Positions 52,245 through 61,496 of a stretch of DNA of 64,000 nt are shown here, piece after piece. Origin of the DNA: Thermodesulfovibrionales bacterium. GTDB lineage: Bacteria > Nitrospirota > Thermodesulfovibrionia > Thermodesulfovibrionales > SM23-35. Where the stretch lies: positions 64,001-128,000 of the forward strand of contig CAVQRT010000002.1 of the NCBI GenBank assembly GCA_963715195.1, given 5' to 3'. How positions within the stretch are numbered: the first letter of the stretch is position 1; the number at the start of each line of letters is the position of its first letter. The translations under genes and the position numbers were made by a program. The notes under the pieces were generated by a model, which made no database searches, was not told the DNA's origin, and saw nothing but the letters and a program-made list of their open reading frames with translations.

Positions 52245-53152
52245 TAATATTCCTTCCAGTATTCAATGCTGGAGTTCTCAAGATTCAGGACCGTTTCGAT
52301 AATCCGTTTCACACCTCCTGCATCGGCTGCTGATTGTATAGAAAATTCTTCACCTTTTACCGTAATCACACCGGCGGGTATATCCATACCCCCTCCGAAA
52401 CCAGCCACATTGTCTAGCTCCCCTATGGCCTGAAAGGGATTGTTCTTACGAAAATCGATCACCCTCTGCGCAAGTTCATCAGTAATTTTTTCTGAAAGAC
52501 ACCTGAGAACCGGTTTCTCAGCCCCGTTAATATTTATAGAAAGATTGTCCCTGGTACCATAGACAGTTATATGCGGCAACAGGGTATTATAATCGTCCCT
52601 GCTTATTCCCGGTATCGACAAGATTTCATCCCTGCTGGCCAGACGTCCATTTTTTGCTTCTCTCTCAGAATCAGCATCCCGTGCTTCATGGTCGGAATCA
52701 ATCCAATCCACAATCCGGTCTGCTATCCTCTCATTGAGAGAGAGAACCCTGAGAAGTCTTTTAAAACAGTTGTAAGGGCTTCCCGGTTCATCCTCACGGA
52801 TAATCTCATTTGGAGGCACGAGGGCATTGACATTAAACCTGGAACTTTCATCCTCGATTCTTATCATTATACTTCCTTTGAAGCCTTCGAAAGGGTTTTC
52901 TACCGGAAACTCCATGACCCCTGGATATGAATAATCTGCATCTTTGAGGGCATCGGTTATCATCTTTGCCGATACATGTATACCCGACCTCGCCATGAGT
53001 GAAAGTCTCTGTGAATCACGCCAGTTATAAAGATTGCCCGTACCGATATACACTCCATATGAGAATTCTACAACCAGAGACATAATAAGAATCACAGCCA
53101 GCAATGTCACAACCAATGCTATGCCGCCCTGATTTTTCAAAGGATATGTCAT
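52244..53152 (-). CDS. gspK: Minor pseudopilin K
   Basis: QGG/IALVVTL, IEDESSRFNVN, DWIDSD, ININGA. Confidence 0.9.
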   Translation of the reverse strand: MTYPLKNQGGIALVVTLLAVILIMSLVVEFSYGVYIGTGNLYNWRDSQRLSLMARSGIHVSAKMITDALKDADYSYPGVMEFPVENPFEGFKGSIMIRIEDESSRFNVNALVPPNEIIREDEPGSPYNCFKRLLRVLSLNERIADRIVDWIDSDHEARDADSEREAKNGRLASRDEILSIPGISRDDYNTLLPHITVYGTRDNLSININGAEKPVLRCLSEKITDELAQRVIDFRKNNPFQAIGELDNVAGFGGGMDIPAGVITVKGEEFSIQSAADAGGVKRIIETVLNLENSSIEYWKEY

Positions 53153-53898
53153 ATCGGTTTATTGATCCTCGGTTTTGCAGTATCTGAAAGCGTTATTGTT
53201 CTGTCTTTCAGTCTGAAAGCAAGGTTGATTCTTATTTCCTCGGGAGTATTCTTGTTGATATCTGTATCCCATGTTTTGACCCATTCGTCCTGGTATTTTG
53301 CCTCTATGCTGAACGCATCCAGATTTTCGATAAGCTCAAATCCTTCTCTTTTCTCTTGTGTCTGCTGTGGGAGTTCTATTTTCTTGAAGAGATTCAATCT
53401 GCCGCCCCTTTCTTCAATATAATAAGAAACTCTTGAGAGACCGGGTCTTAAGACAGAAAAAGTTGTAAAAGTCAGTTCGGAGGCGCTTTTTCCATAAGAA
53501 TCCCGGTCCTTTATCTGAAGAAGGGTATTTGCATCTGCTTCTTTAAAAAAGGATGACTCCAGTTCACATCTGAGAATATCAAGAGCCCTTCTGGCCTCCT
53601 GGAGCTTGACCAGAGATTCATCCATGCCATCAACAGCTCTGTGTGCCAGGAAAAACGTACTATAAATCGCTGCAAGGACGACCGACAGAATTGCAACAGA
53701 CACAAAGACCTCGATAAGAGTAAAACCGTGTTTATTGATCAAAAGATCACCAGAGCTGATATGTGTCTGGGTTGTCATTCCGGCTTGGCCGGAATCTTTC
53801 TCTCTACAAGAGGATCCCGGACAAGCGGGAATGAAAAAAGAATACCTATGATGCAAATAGTGGAAGTAAGAATTATTTTTACTTAAAAACAAATTCAT
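53149..53898 (-). CDS. gspJ: Minor pseudopilin J (start uncertain; leader region contains a palindromic repeat)
   Basis: HG/FTLIEV prepilin site. Confidence 0.8.
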   Translation of the reverse strand: MNLFLSKNNSYFHYLHHRYSFFIPACPGSSCREKDSGQAGMTTQTHISSGDLLINKHGFTLIEVFVSVAILSVVLAAIYSTFFLAHRAVDGMDESLVKLQEARRALDILRCELESSFFKEADANTLLQIKDRDSYGKSASELTFTTFSVLRPGLSRVSYYIEERGGRLNLFKKIELPQQTQEKREGFELIENLDAFSIEAKYQDEWVKTWDTDINKNTPEEIRINLAFRLKDRTITLSDTAKPRINKPI

Positions 53899-54262
53899 TC
53901 AACGTTACCTCATCATGGCCCGATCTCACAACAACAATGATCTCCGCAATTCCCGCATATGGGGAGTCTTTTACAAACGTCTCATACGAATACTTTTCAT
54001 ATGGTAAATCATAGGTACCTTCACTCTCCTCAGGACTTTTTTCTATCGCAGCCAGTTTATCTTTGGCGAGAAGCGTTGCGACTGTTATTGTTTCCTGTTT
54101 TTCGACCAGACTCAAATGATAGTTTAGCGTGTAGATGACAGTTACAAGGAGAGATCCGATAACAGCAAGAGCAATAAGGACCTCAAGAAGGGTAAAGCCG
54201 CACTTCCTTCGAAGGATGAGGGATGAATTATGAAGATTGAATGGAAAATTCTTAGTCCTCAA
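53879..54262 (-). CDS. gspI: Minor pseudopilin I
   Basis: CG/FTLLEVLIALAV. Confidence 0.82.
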   Translation of the reverse strand: MRTKNFPFNLHNSSLILRRKCGFTLLEVLIALAVIGSLLVTVIYTLNYHLSLVEKQETITVATLLAKDKLAAIEKSPEESEGTYDLPYEKYSYETFVKDSPYAGIAEIIVVVRSGHDEVTLNEFVFK

Positions 54263-54710
54263 TTCTTCCTTCGTCCTTGATCTTCACTTTCCCGCTCAGA
54301 TGGTTAAAGGTTATTGTCATATTTTTTTCCCCCGTACCCATATGTACGGAAATATCTTCCCTGAATCCAAGAGGCTCAACCAAGATTGTTACCGCGCCCC
54401 CGGAGACTGTTCCTGCGGAGTGAGTTGTTACGCCTGTTATGTCGTCGAATTTCTTCGTCTTTCCGCCCTCCGGAGTTTTCCATGAGATTAAATTTCCGTC
54501 AAGGTCGAATTTTAACCAATATGCCTCCTTTCGTGAGATTGCGCTGTCGTGTAAAAATCTCAGGATCGATGCGACTTCACGCGCTTCAGATTTGAGTCTG
54601 CGCTCACCAAATCCGGCGAACGACGGCAATACTATTGCTGTAATCAGTGAAATGATGAATAGAGCAACAATCAGTTCAAGGAAAGTAAACCCACGGGGAT
54701 TTATTTTCAT
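54252..54710 (-). CDS. gspH: Minor pseudopilin H
   Basis: RG/FTFLELIV; probable start MKINPR at 54710. Confidence 0.82.
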   Translation of the reverse strand: MKINPRGFTFLELIVALFIISLITAIVLPSFAGFGERRLKSEAREVASILRFLHDSAISRKEAYWLKFDLDGNLISWKTPEGGKTKKFDDITGVTTHSAGTVSGGAVTILVEPLGFREDISVHMGTGEKNMTITFNHLSGKVKIKDEGRIED

Positions 54711-54714
54711 TTTA

Positions 54715-55146
54715 TTATTGGATATCCCAGTTCCTGATATCGGCCTCTTTTCCTTCTCCACCCTCTCTTCCGTCAGCGCCGTAACTTATCAGATCAAAGT
54801 CACCATATATACCCGGCGATATATAGATGTACGGATTTCCCCATGGGTCAGGCGGTATTTTCCTCTGTTCAAGGTATCCGCCTTCCCTGTATCTCTCCGG
54901 TACCTGTCCCGTCGTAGGTTTTTCAATGAGGGCTGCGAGTCCCTGCTCTGTGCTCGGGTAGAAAGCATTGTCGAGCTTGAAGAGCTTGAGGGCAGTTTCG
55001 AAATTCTTTATCTGCACTTTTGCCTCTGCGATACGCGCATCGTCCGTTCTTCCTATTATCCTCGGGGCCACGATGGCGGCGAGAAGACTCAGGATAAAGA
55101 CGACTACAATGATTTCAAGCAACGTAAACCCTCTATTTTCTCCCAT
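54715..55146 (-). CDS. gspG: Major pseudopilin G
   Basis: RG/FTLLE, YPSTEQGLAAL, DPWGNPY, SYGADG. Confidence 0.96.
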   Translation of the reverse strand: MGENRGFTLLEIIVVVFILSLLAAIVAPRIIGRTDDARIAEAKVQIKNFETALKLFKLDNAFYPSTEQGLAALIEKPTTGQVPERYREGGYLEQRKIPPDPWGNPYIYISPGIYGDFDLISYGADGREGGEGKEADIRNWDIQ

Positions 55147-55270
55147 ATTTTATCCCTCCATCTCTATCTGTCCTGGTTACGATCATCAGGCACTTTCTCT
55201 ATCTCTTATTTAAAAGGTTCAAGGATTTTAGTGTAACAACCAATTCGCCCGGAGCCTCGGACCCTATTCA

Positions 55271-56446
55271 CTATTTTATCAACTGATTCAACTGGAATAT
55301 CGGCAACAGAACAGCAAGAACGATCAGTCCGACAATAACACCCATGGCGAGAATCATGGCAGGTTCCAGGAAAGCCAGTGCCTTCTGTACCCTCCGCGAA
55401 AATTCCTCCTCGTATGAGTCTGCAGCATTCTTCAGTACTCCGACAAGTTGCCCGCTCCTCTCCCCGGTCGAGATGAGCTGCAGAAGGACAGGCGGAAAGC
55501 CCTCCAGTGAGGCTGAGAGCCTCGCTCCCTCCGCGACTCTCTCAGCAGCTTCAACGACCCTTTTCTCGATCATCGCGTTGCCGACAGACTTCGCAGAAAG
55601 TTCAAGTGCCCTGAGGACAGGCAACCCTCCTTCAAGCAAAAAACTGAGGGTTCGTGTGAATCTCGCATAATACAGGCTTTGAATGATCCTCCCCGGCAAC
55701 CGGACAAGCATTTTATCAATAAGCATTCGGTTATTCTCCTTCAGTCTCCTCAGCCCGAATATGGCACATACGAGCAACCCTATCAAAAGCCACCAGTAAT
55801 GCTGAAAAATATCGCTTACCGCAATCAGCGCAATGGTAAGAAAAGGGAGGGCTGACTCTGTATCCTGAAAAATCTTTGTTATTTTCGGTACGACAAACGT
55901 AAAGAGGAACGAGAGCACAATGAAACCGACACAGATCATGAAAACCGGATAAACCATCGACGTCCGCACCTTTGCTTTAAGACCGCTCTGCGTTTCAAGA
56001 AAATCTGCCAGACGGACAAGGACTTTATCAAGGGCCCCGCTTGTCTCACCTGCAGCAACCATATTTACATAAAACTCGGGGAAGATGGTGTCATACTCTT
56101 CAAGCGCTTTTGAAAAACTCGCCCCTGCAACCACCTTTTCCTTGATGCTGATCAGAACATTCTTCCAAAAGCCTGCGTTTTCCTGAGCAATCGCATTCAG
56201 CGCTTCCATTAAGGTAACACCGGAAGAAAGAAGTGTGGATAATTGTCTCGTTACGGATGGAAGGAAATTTGCATCGGTTCTCCGGAATAACCCTGATTTC
56301 TCAAGATAAACTGTCTCCCTGACCTTTTTGGGATAGAGTCCTGACTCCTTAAGTCTGAGAACCGCATCTTTTTGACTACTTGCCTCGATAGTACCAGCGA
56401 CCTCTGAACCATCAGTCCTATACCCGCTATACTGAAATATCGGCAT
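55271..56446 (-). CDS. gspF: T2SS inner-membrane platform protein F
   Basis: RQLSTLLSSG, AGETSGAL, GERSGQL, LEPAMI. Confidence 0.95.
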   Translation of the reverse strand: MPIFQYSGYRTDGSEVAGTIEASSQKDAVLRLKESGLYPKKVRETVYLEKSGLFRRTDANFLPSVTRQLSTLLSSGVTLMEALNAIAQENAGFWKNVLISIKEKVVAGASFSKALEEYDTIFPEFYVNMVAAGETSGALDKVLVRLADFLETQSGLKAKVRTSMVYPVFMICVGFIVLSFLFTFVVPKITKIFQDTESALPFLTIALIAVSDIFQHYWWLLIGLLVCAIFGLRRLKENNRMLIDKMLVRLPGRIIQSLYYARFTRTLSFLLEGGLPVLRALELSAKSVGNAMIEKRVVEAAERVAEGARLSASLEGFPPVLLQLISTGERSGQLVGVLKNAADSYEEEFSRRVQKALAFLEPAMILAMGVIVGLIVLAVLLPIFQLNQLIK

Positions 56447-57947
56447 AGTCCTTCTGGGTCACCCGCAAGACTTCTTCGAGCGTAGTAATCCCCTGAAGAA
56501 CTTTTTCGAGACCATCCATCCTCAGGGTTTTCATGCCTCGTGAGATCGCATAATTCTTGATGCTCTGTGAATCGATCTTATCGGTAATCATGGGACGTAT
56601 TTCATTATCAATCACAAGGAGTTCGAAAATCCCCGTCCTTCCGATGTACCCCTTATTTTTACAGTGCTCACAGCCTATCCCCCGATATAAAAGTTCAGGT
56701 GGTTTCCTGAAATAGGATATTTCAATATCAGATGGCTCATATGCTGTTTTGCAACCAGGACATATCGTCCTGGCAAGTCTTTGCGCGAGAACAACCGTGA
56801 GGGAAGATACGACAAGAAATGGCTCAATCCCCATGTCGATAAGCCTCACGAGAGCGCTCGGTGCATCATTTGTATGAAGGGTGCTTAAAACTAGATGGCC
56901 TGTGAGTGATGCCTGCATCGCAATTTCTGCAGTCTCAAGATCTCTTATTTCGCCAACCATGATGACATCCGGGTCCTGTCTCAATATTGATCGCAACCCG
57001 GAGGCAAATGTCAGACCTATCCTGGGATTCACGTGTATCTGGCCGATACCCTTCAGCTGGTACTCCACGGGATCCTCTACGGTTATGATATTTTTTTCTT
57101 CGGTGTGAATCCTGTTCAGGGCAGCGTAAAGTGTTGTGGTCTTACCGCTTCCTGTTGGACCCGTCACCAGGATGATGCCGTCAGGTCTTTTGAGGTATTC
57201 GTCAAGTTTGATCTCGTCATCTCTGCCAAACCCTATTTCCCATAATCCGAGCAGCCCCTGTTTCCGGTCGAGCAGCCTCATAACTGCCCGCTCACCATGC
57301 GATGTCGGCACAACAGAAACTCGTATGTCGATATCCCGGCCTCCAAGAAGCAATCGTATCCTGCCGTCCTGGGGCAGCCTCTTCTCCGCAATATCAAGAT
57401 GAGCCATAATCTTTATCCTGCTGATCAAGGCATCCTGAATAATCTTGGGAGGGGACAAGACCCTCAGGAGAACTCCGTCTATTCGTAACCGGACATCGAG
57501 TTCTTTTTCATACGGCTCAATATGGATATCACTTGCCCTCTCCTTGACTGCCTGCAGAAGAAGTGCGTTCAGAAGGCGTATGATAGGGGCTTCCTCGGTT
57601 AATTCAAGCAGGTCCTTCGGCGCCTCAAACGCTGTTGCAACCGATGAGAGATCTTCTCCGGATATGGTATCCATGACTTCTTCAGCAGAACCCATTTGAC
57701 CATAGAACCTGTTGATAGCGTCGAGAATAACTCCGGCGGGTGCTTTGAAGGCCCTTGGCTTTAAATCGAGCATCTTTGCGGCTTCCGAGAGCGCGAGCAT
57801 TCCCCTCTCATCTGCAATAGCGCCAACAAGTTCCGCATCGTGCCTCCGGATCGGAAATATCTGGTTATTCTTTACAAAGCTGAGGGGAATATTCTTGAGA
57901 AGGGCGGTTTCAACGTCTTCATCTCTTATGACATCAATCGTGTCCAT
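56427..57947 (-). CDS. gspE: T2SS ATPase E
   Basis: ASDIHIEP, GPTGSGKTTT, LRQDPD, STLHTN, CxxC...CxxC. Confidence 0.96.
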   Translation of the reverse strand: MDTIDVIRDEDVETALLKNIPLSFVKNNQIFPIRRHDAELVGAIADERGMLALSEAAKMLDLKPRAFKAPAGVILDAINRFYGQMGSAEEVMDTISGEDLSSVATAFEAPKDLLELTEEAPIIRLLNALLLQAVKERASDIHIEPYEKELDVRLRIDGVLLRVLSPPKIIQDALISRIKIMAHLDIAEKRLPQDGRIRLLLGGRDIDIRVSVVPTSHGERAVMRLLDRKQGLLGLWEIGFGRDDEIKLDEYLKRPDGIILVTGPTGSGKTTTLYAALNRIHTEEKNIITVEDPVEYQLKGIGQIHVNPRIGLTFASGLRSILRQDPDVIMVGEIRDLETAEIAMQASLTGHLVLSTLHTNDAPSALVRLIDMGIEPFLVVSSLTVVLAQRLARTICPGCKTAYEPSDIEISYFRKPPELLYRGIGCEHCKNKGYIGRTGIFELLVIDNEIRPMITDKIDSQSIKNYAISRGMKTLRMDGLEKVLQGITTLEEVLRVTQKDYADISV

Positions 57948-60194
57948 TCAGTCTGCATTTTGCATCTTCATAATGTAATTCGGTTCCGCATACTCAACTT
58001 CCTGATAAATTTTAAAAATCTCTACCGCTTTTCCGACATCCTGCCCTTCCTTCAGCTTGATATGATGGGGCCCCCCCGGTCGTAAAAAGGATATGACGGA
58101 TGCGCCTTCAGCAGTGAGTATTTCTGTTATACGTTCCTCACTCGTTCCATCTTTAAATTTTACAAGCAGCTCCCCTTCAGCGAATGTCTGTGCTGCTTTC
58201 GCATACTCAGTTCTTTTTGAAGCCGTCAATTTTGATAAGTACTCCGCTTCCTTCACGATGTGTGGGGTGAGGAATACGAGCAAGTTCGTTTTCTTTTTCT
58301 GGACCGATTTATTCTTGAAGAGCCATCCAAGGAGCGGGATGTCTCCAAGAAGAGGGACCTTGGTGATATTTTCCTCTTCTCTCTCCTCCATGAGCCCTCC
58401 GATTACGACCGTCTGATTATCCTTCACAACAACAGAGGTCTTTGTTGAGCGCTTTGTGGTTGTGGGACCAACCGTCAATACGACTATTGTTGACTCCTGT
58501 TTCAAAGCAGATATCTCCTGATAGATATCAAGTTTTACGTAATCACCTTCTGCAATCTGCGGAGTCAGTCTCAGGGTTATGCCGACATCTTTTCTCTCGA
58601 TGCTGGTAAACACGGATTGGGGTCTTGCAGGGTCAGATTCCTTCTGCGAGATAAACGGGACATTCTCACCGACGATTATCTCCGCTTCCTTGTTGTCAGA
58701 TGTGAGAATCTGAGGTGTTGAAAGAACATTAATTGCTCCCTTAAACTCATTCAGGCTGAAGAGAGCAGCAAATCCGGGGACAGTCAGTGTTGATGTTATT
58801 ATTTCTCCATCGGCACCGATCGTTGAGACCGGGACATCAAGAAAATTGCCCATTCCCCCGGCGGTTAATCCCGTCAGGCCAAAGAGGATATTCTGCATAG
58901 TGGTAGCATCTACGGTTCCAAATCCTCCGACCGCCACCGGTTCCCCGTCTTTTTCCGCAATAATCCGCCAGCTCGAGCCAAGCTCCTGCAATCTGTCAAT
59001 GGACGCCTCAACAATCATAGCCTCTACGTAAACCTGTTTTCTCTTCCGGTCAAGCTGCTTTATAACAGCAATAAGATTCTGATAATCCGCAGGCGAGGCG
59101 ACAATAACCAGTGAATTAGTTGCCTTATCGGGTGATATAATGATTTTTCCGACCGGTTCGAACGAACTCCTGACAGGTTGTCCCGTTTGTTGAGCAGCGC
59201 TGGTCCTCACCTGTGTGGATATTCCTGTCAGCATGCCTTCCAATACTTTTGAGAGCTCAGTTGCATCAGCGTATTCAAGGAAGTAGACGTTAATCTTGCT
59301 TGTTGCCTCAGGGAGCGGGATATCTAGAAGTGCAATCATCCTCCTCAGGGATTCTTCTTCCTGTTTATCGGCAATCAGGATTACAGCATTCAGCCTGGTA
59401 TCGGCAAAAACACTGGCCTTTGCTTCCTCGCCGGAAACAGCTGTTGCAGGTTCTCCCGGTCTCAGAGGCCGGTAAGCCGGGGGTTGTGCCTGTGCATTTA
59501 ATGTTAAAGCCTCACTGATGATTTTTACGACATCTTCGGCATTTGCATACTTGAGAAGAATAAGCTCAGGTTCCTCTGTCCCCGATTTATCAATCAATTC
59601 GATGATCGTCAGAAGCTTCTCAATATTGGTGGCAGAATCAACAATCATCAGTATATTCCCCGGCCCGAAAGACGCAATATGACCGTCCCGTGAGACAAGG
59701 GGCTGCAAAAAATTCAACGCCCTCGAAGCCGAGATCGATTGAAGCGGTACAAGCCTCGTAATATAAGCATCACTGACCGGTTGCACACCTTCTTTCAGGA
59801 TTTCGGTCCCCGACTGCTTTGCCTGTGAGATAGGAACTATCTTATAGACCTTGCCAGAAGGGATAATCGTGAACCCCTTCAACTCCAGAACCGAGGTGAA
59901 CAGACTAAAGGCATCGTCCACAGACAGTTTTGAAGGGGCAATAATGGTAATAGAGCCTTTTACTCTTTCATCAAATACAAAATTCTTCCGGGTGATGTCA
60001 CTGATAAATTTGACGACTGCAGAAATATCAACGTCGACAAAATTGAACGTAACCTTTTTCTCTTTGCCCTGACTTTCCTGTGCACCGGCAAAAGCAGAAG
60101 TGTTTGAAAACGATACGGGATGCAAGATACAGGATAAAACGACAAAACAGAAAACAATGCAAAATACAGGATGTAGGAATACTTTATTTTTCAT
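57948..60194 (-). CDS. gspD: T2SS secretin D with a C-terminal subtilase-propeptide-like domain
   Basis: N0-N3 domains, QVYVEAMIVE, LSTPQI, KVPLLGDIPLLGWLF, LVFLTPHIV; tail EGELLVKFK...VEYAEPNY. Confidence 0.93.
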   Translation of the reverse strand: MKNKVFLHPVFCIVFCFVVLSCILHPVSFSNTSAFAGAQESQGKEKKVTFNFVDVDISAVVKFISDITRKNFVFDERVKGSITIIAPSKLSVDDAFSLFTSVLELKGFTIIPSGKVYKIVPISQAKQSGTEILKEGVQPVSDAYITRLVPLQSISASRALNFLQPLVSRDGHIASFGPGNILMIVDSATNIEKLLTIIELIDKSGTEEPELILLKYANAEDVVKIISEALTLNAQAQPPAYRPLRPGEPATAVSGEEAKASVFADTRLNAVILIADKQEEESLRRMIALLDIPLPEATSKINVYFLEYADATELSKVLEGMLTGISTQVRTSAAQQTGQPVRSSFEPVGKIIISPDKATNSLVIVASPADYQNLIAVIKQLDRKRKQVYVEAMIVEASIDRLQELGSSWRIIAEKDGEPVAVGGFGTVDATTMQNILFGLTGLTAGGMGNFLDVPVSTIGADGEIITSTLTVPGFAALFSLNEFKGAINVLSTPQILTSDNKEAEIIVGENVPFISQKESDPARPQSVFTSIERKDVGITLRLTPQIAEGDYVKLDIYQEISALKQESTIVVLTVGPTTTKRSTKTSVVVKDNQTVVIGGLMEEREEENITKVPLLGDIPLLGWLFKNKSVQKKKTNLLVFLTPHIVKEAEYLSKLTASKRTEYAKAAQTFAEGELLVKFKDGTSEERITEILTAEGASVISFLRPGGPHHIKLKEGQDVGKAVEIFKIYQEVEYAEPNYIMKMQNAD

Positions 60195-60298
60195 CTTTAA
60201 TAACGTGTATTGTAGCACCAATAAGAACCATTTTGTTCGCCCCTCTGCTTTTGTGTCTTTGCATATTTTTTTCTCTTTTCCTGTCGACTATCTACTGT

Positions 60299-61174
60299 CT
60301 ACCTAATTTGGTATGTCATGGTTATTCGAGACCCGGATCTCATGAGATCGACCTGAACCCTGTCCATGCCTTTCAGGGCGGTAAAGGCCTGAAGCGCCCT
60401 CTCCGGATTTGAAATATCGTACTCGTTGATTCTCAGCAGAACGTCTCCATCCTGCAACCCAAGGCTCTGATAGACACCGCCAGGTTTGACTTCACTCAAC
60501 ACAAAGCCCTCTTCCTTCCCATTGACTATATTCGGCTTGAGTCTTGCATCCGTCATCATCTGGCCGGGGTTTGCAATCGCCTGCTGGAGACGCGCCTGAT
60601 CGACCATATAGGCTGAACGCCCGATTTTCCGTGCAAATGAGGATTGAGCAGGGCCTACAGTAGATGACTGTTTCCCCACTTCTCTGACTTCTACATCTTC
60701 AAGGAGCATCTCTTCTGTCTTTCCTCCTTTCCTGATAATAACTCTGTCCCGCTCAACTCTGTAGAGTTTGCCGGTATCAAATACAGGGTCGCCAATCTTA
60801 AAGATCTCCTGAACACCTGCTGCATCCCTGAAAATGCCGTAACTGAGTTCTCTGGGACCTACCACCGTACCGATAAGTACGATATCTCCCTGATGCGTCT
60901 TAAGACCTGTTGAGGCAGATAAAGACTTGATTTCGCCGCCGGGAAACCCAAAAGGATTATTAGATAGTATGACGGCATATTCTGAAAGTTGTTTGTCTGG
61001 TCTCGGCATTGATTCATCCTGCCCTCTGTATACGCCATTCTGGACATTTTTTTTATGGTCGAAATAACGTGAAATGATATCCCGTACCACAAAAACCGTA
61101 GAAAAAATCAGAATAATACCTAGCAGGATATTCAGATAAAAGAGATTTCTTTGTGAGAGGAGGTTTGATTTCAA
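60299..61174 (-). CDS. gspC: T2SS protein C with PDZ domain
   Basis: TM, NNPFG, LIGTVVG HR domain, LGLQDGDVLLRIN PDZ. Confidence 0.88.
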   Translation of the reverse strand: MKSNLLSQRNLFYLNILLGIILIFSTVFVVRDIISRYFDHKKNVQNGVYRGQDESMPRPDKQLSEYAVILSNNPFGFPGGEIKSLSASTGLKTHQGDIVLIGTVVGPRELSYGIFRDAAGVQEIFKIGDPVFDTGKLYRVERDRVIIRKGGKTEEMLLEDVEVREVGKQSSTVGPAQSSFARKIGRSAYMVDQARLQQAIANPGQMMTDARLKPNIVNGKEEGFVLSEVKPGGVYQSLGLQDGDVLLRINEYDISNPERALQAFTALKGMDRVQVDLMRSGSRITMTYQIR

Positions 61175-61230
61175 TGGAAATCCTCTTTTAGTCTGTATGT
61201 ATTATTGAGTTCATATGTATACATTAACAT

Positions 61231-61327
61231 GTCATTCCCGCTTGTCGGGAATCCCTCTGAGTCCCCTTTAGAAAAGGGGGATAAAGGGGGTTGTTTGTAA
61301 GAAAGATTCCGGCCAGGCCGGGATGCC
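61231..61327. repeat. Composite repeat: GTCATTCC pair enclosing a CCCCTTTAGAAAAGGGG palindrome
   Basis: GTCATTCCCGCTTGTCGGGAATC..CCCCTTTAGAAAAGGGGG..GATTCCGGCCAGGCCGGGATG. Confidence 0.75.
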
Positions 61328-61496
61328 AGGAATTAAATTTCGTATAAAATATTCAACCTTCATACATTGTTACCGCCAGCGACCAACAAGAGCCTGGCAA
61401 TTTTGCCTGATAATAAAAGCACAAATAAAAAGGGACGAACTCTCATCCGTCCCCTCCTCTATTTTGTTTCCACAACGGTGTCTTGAAAAAGCTGAC

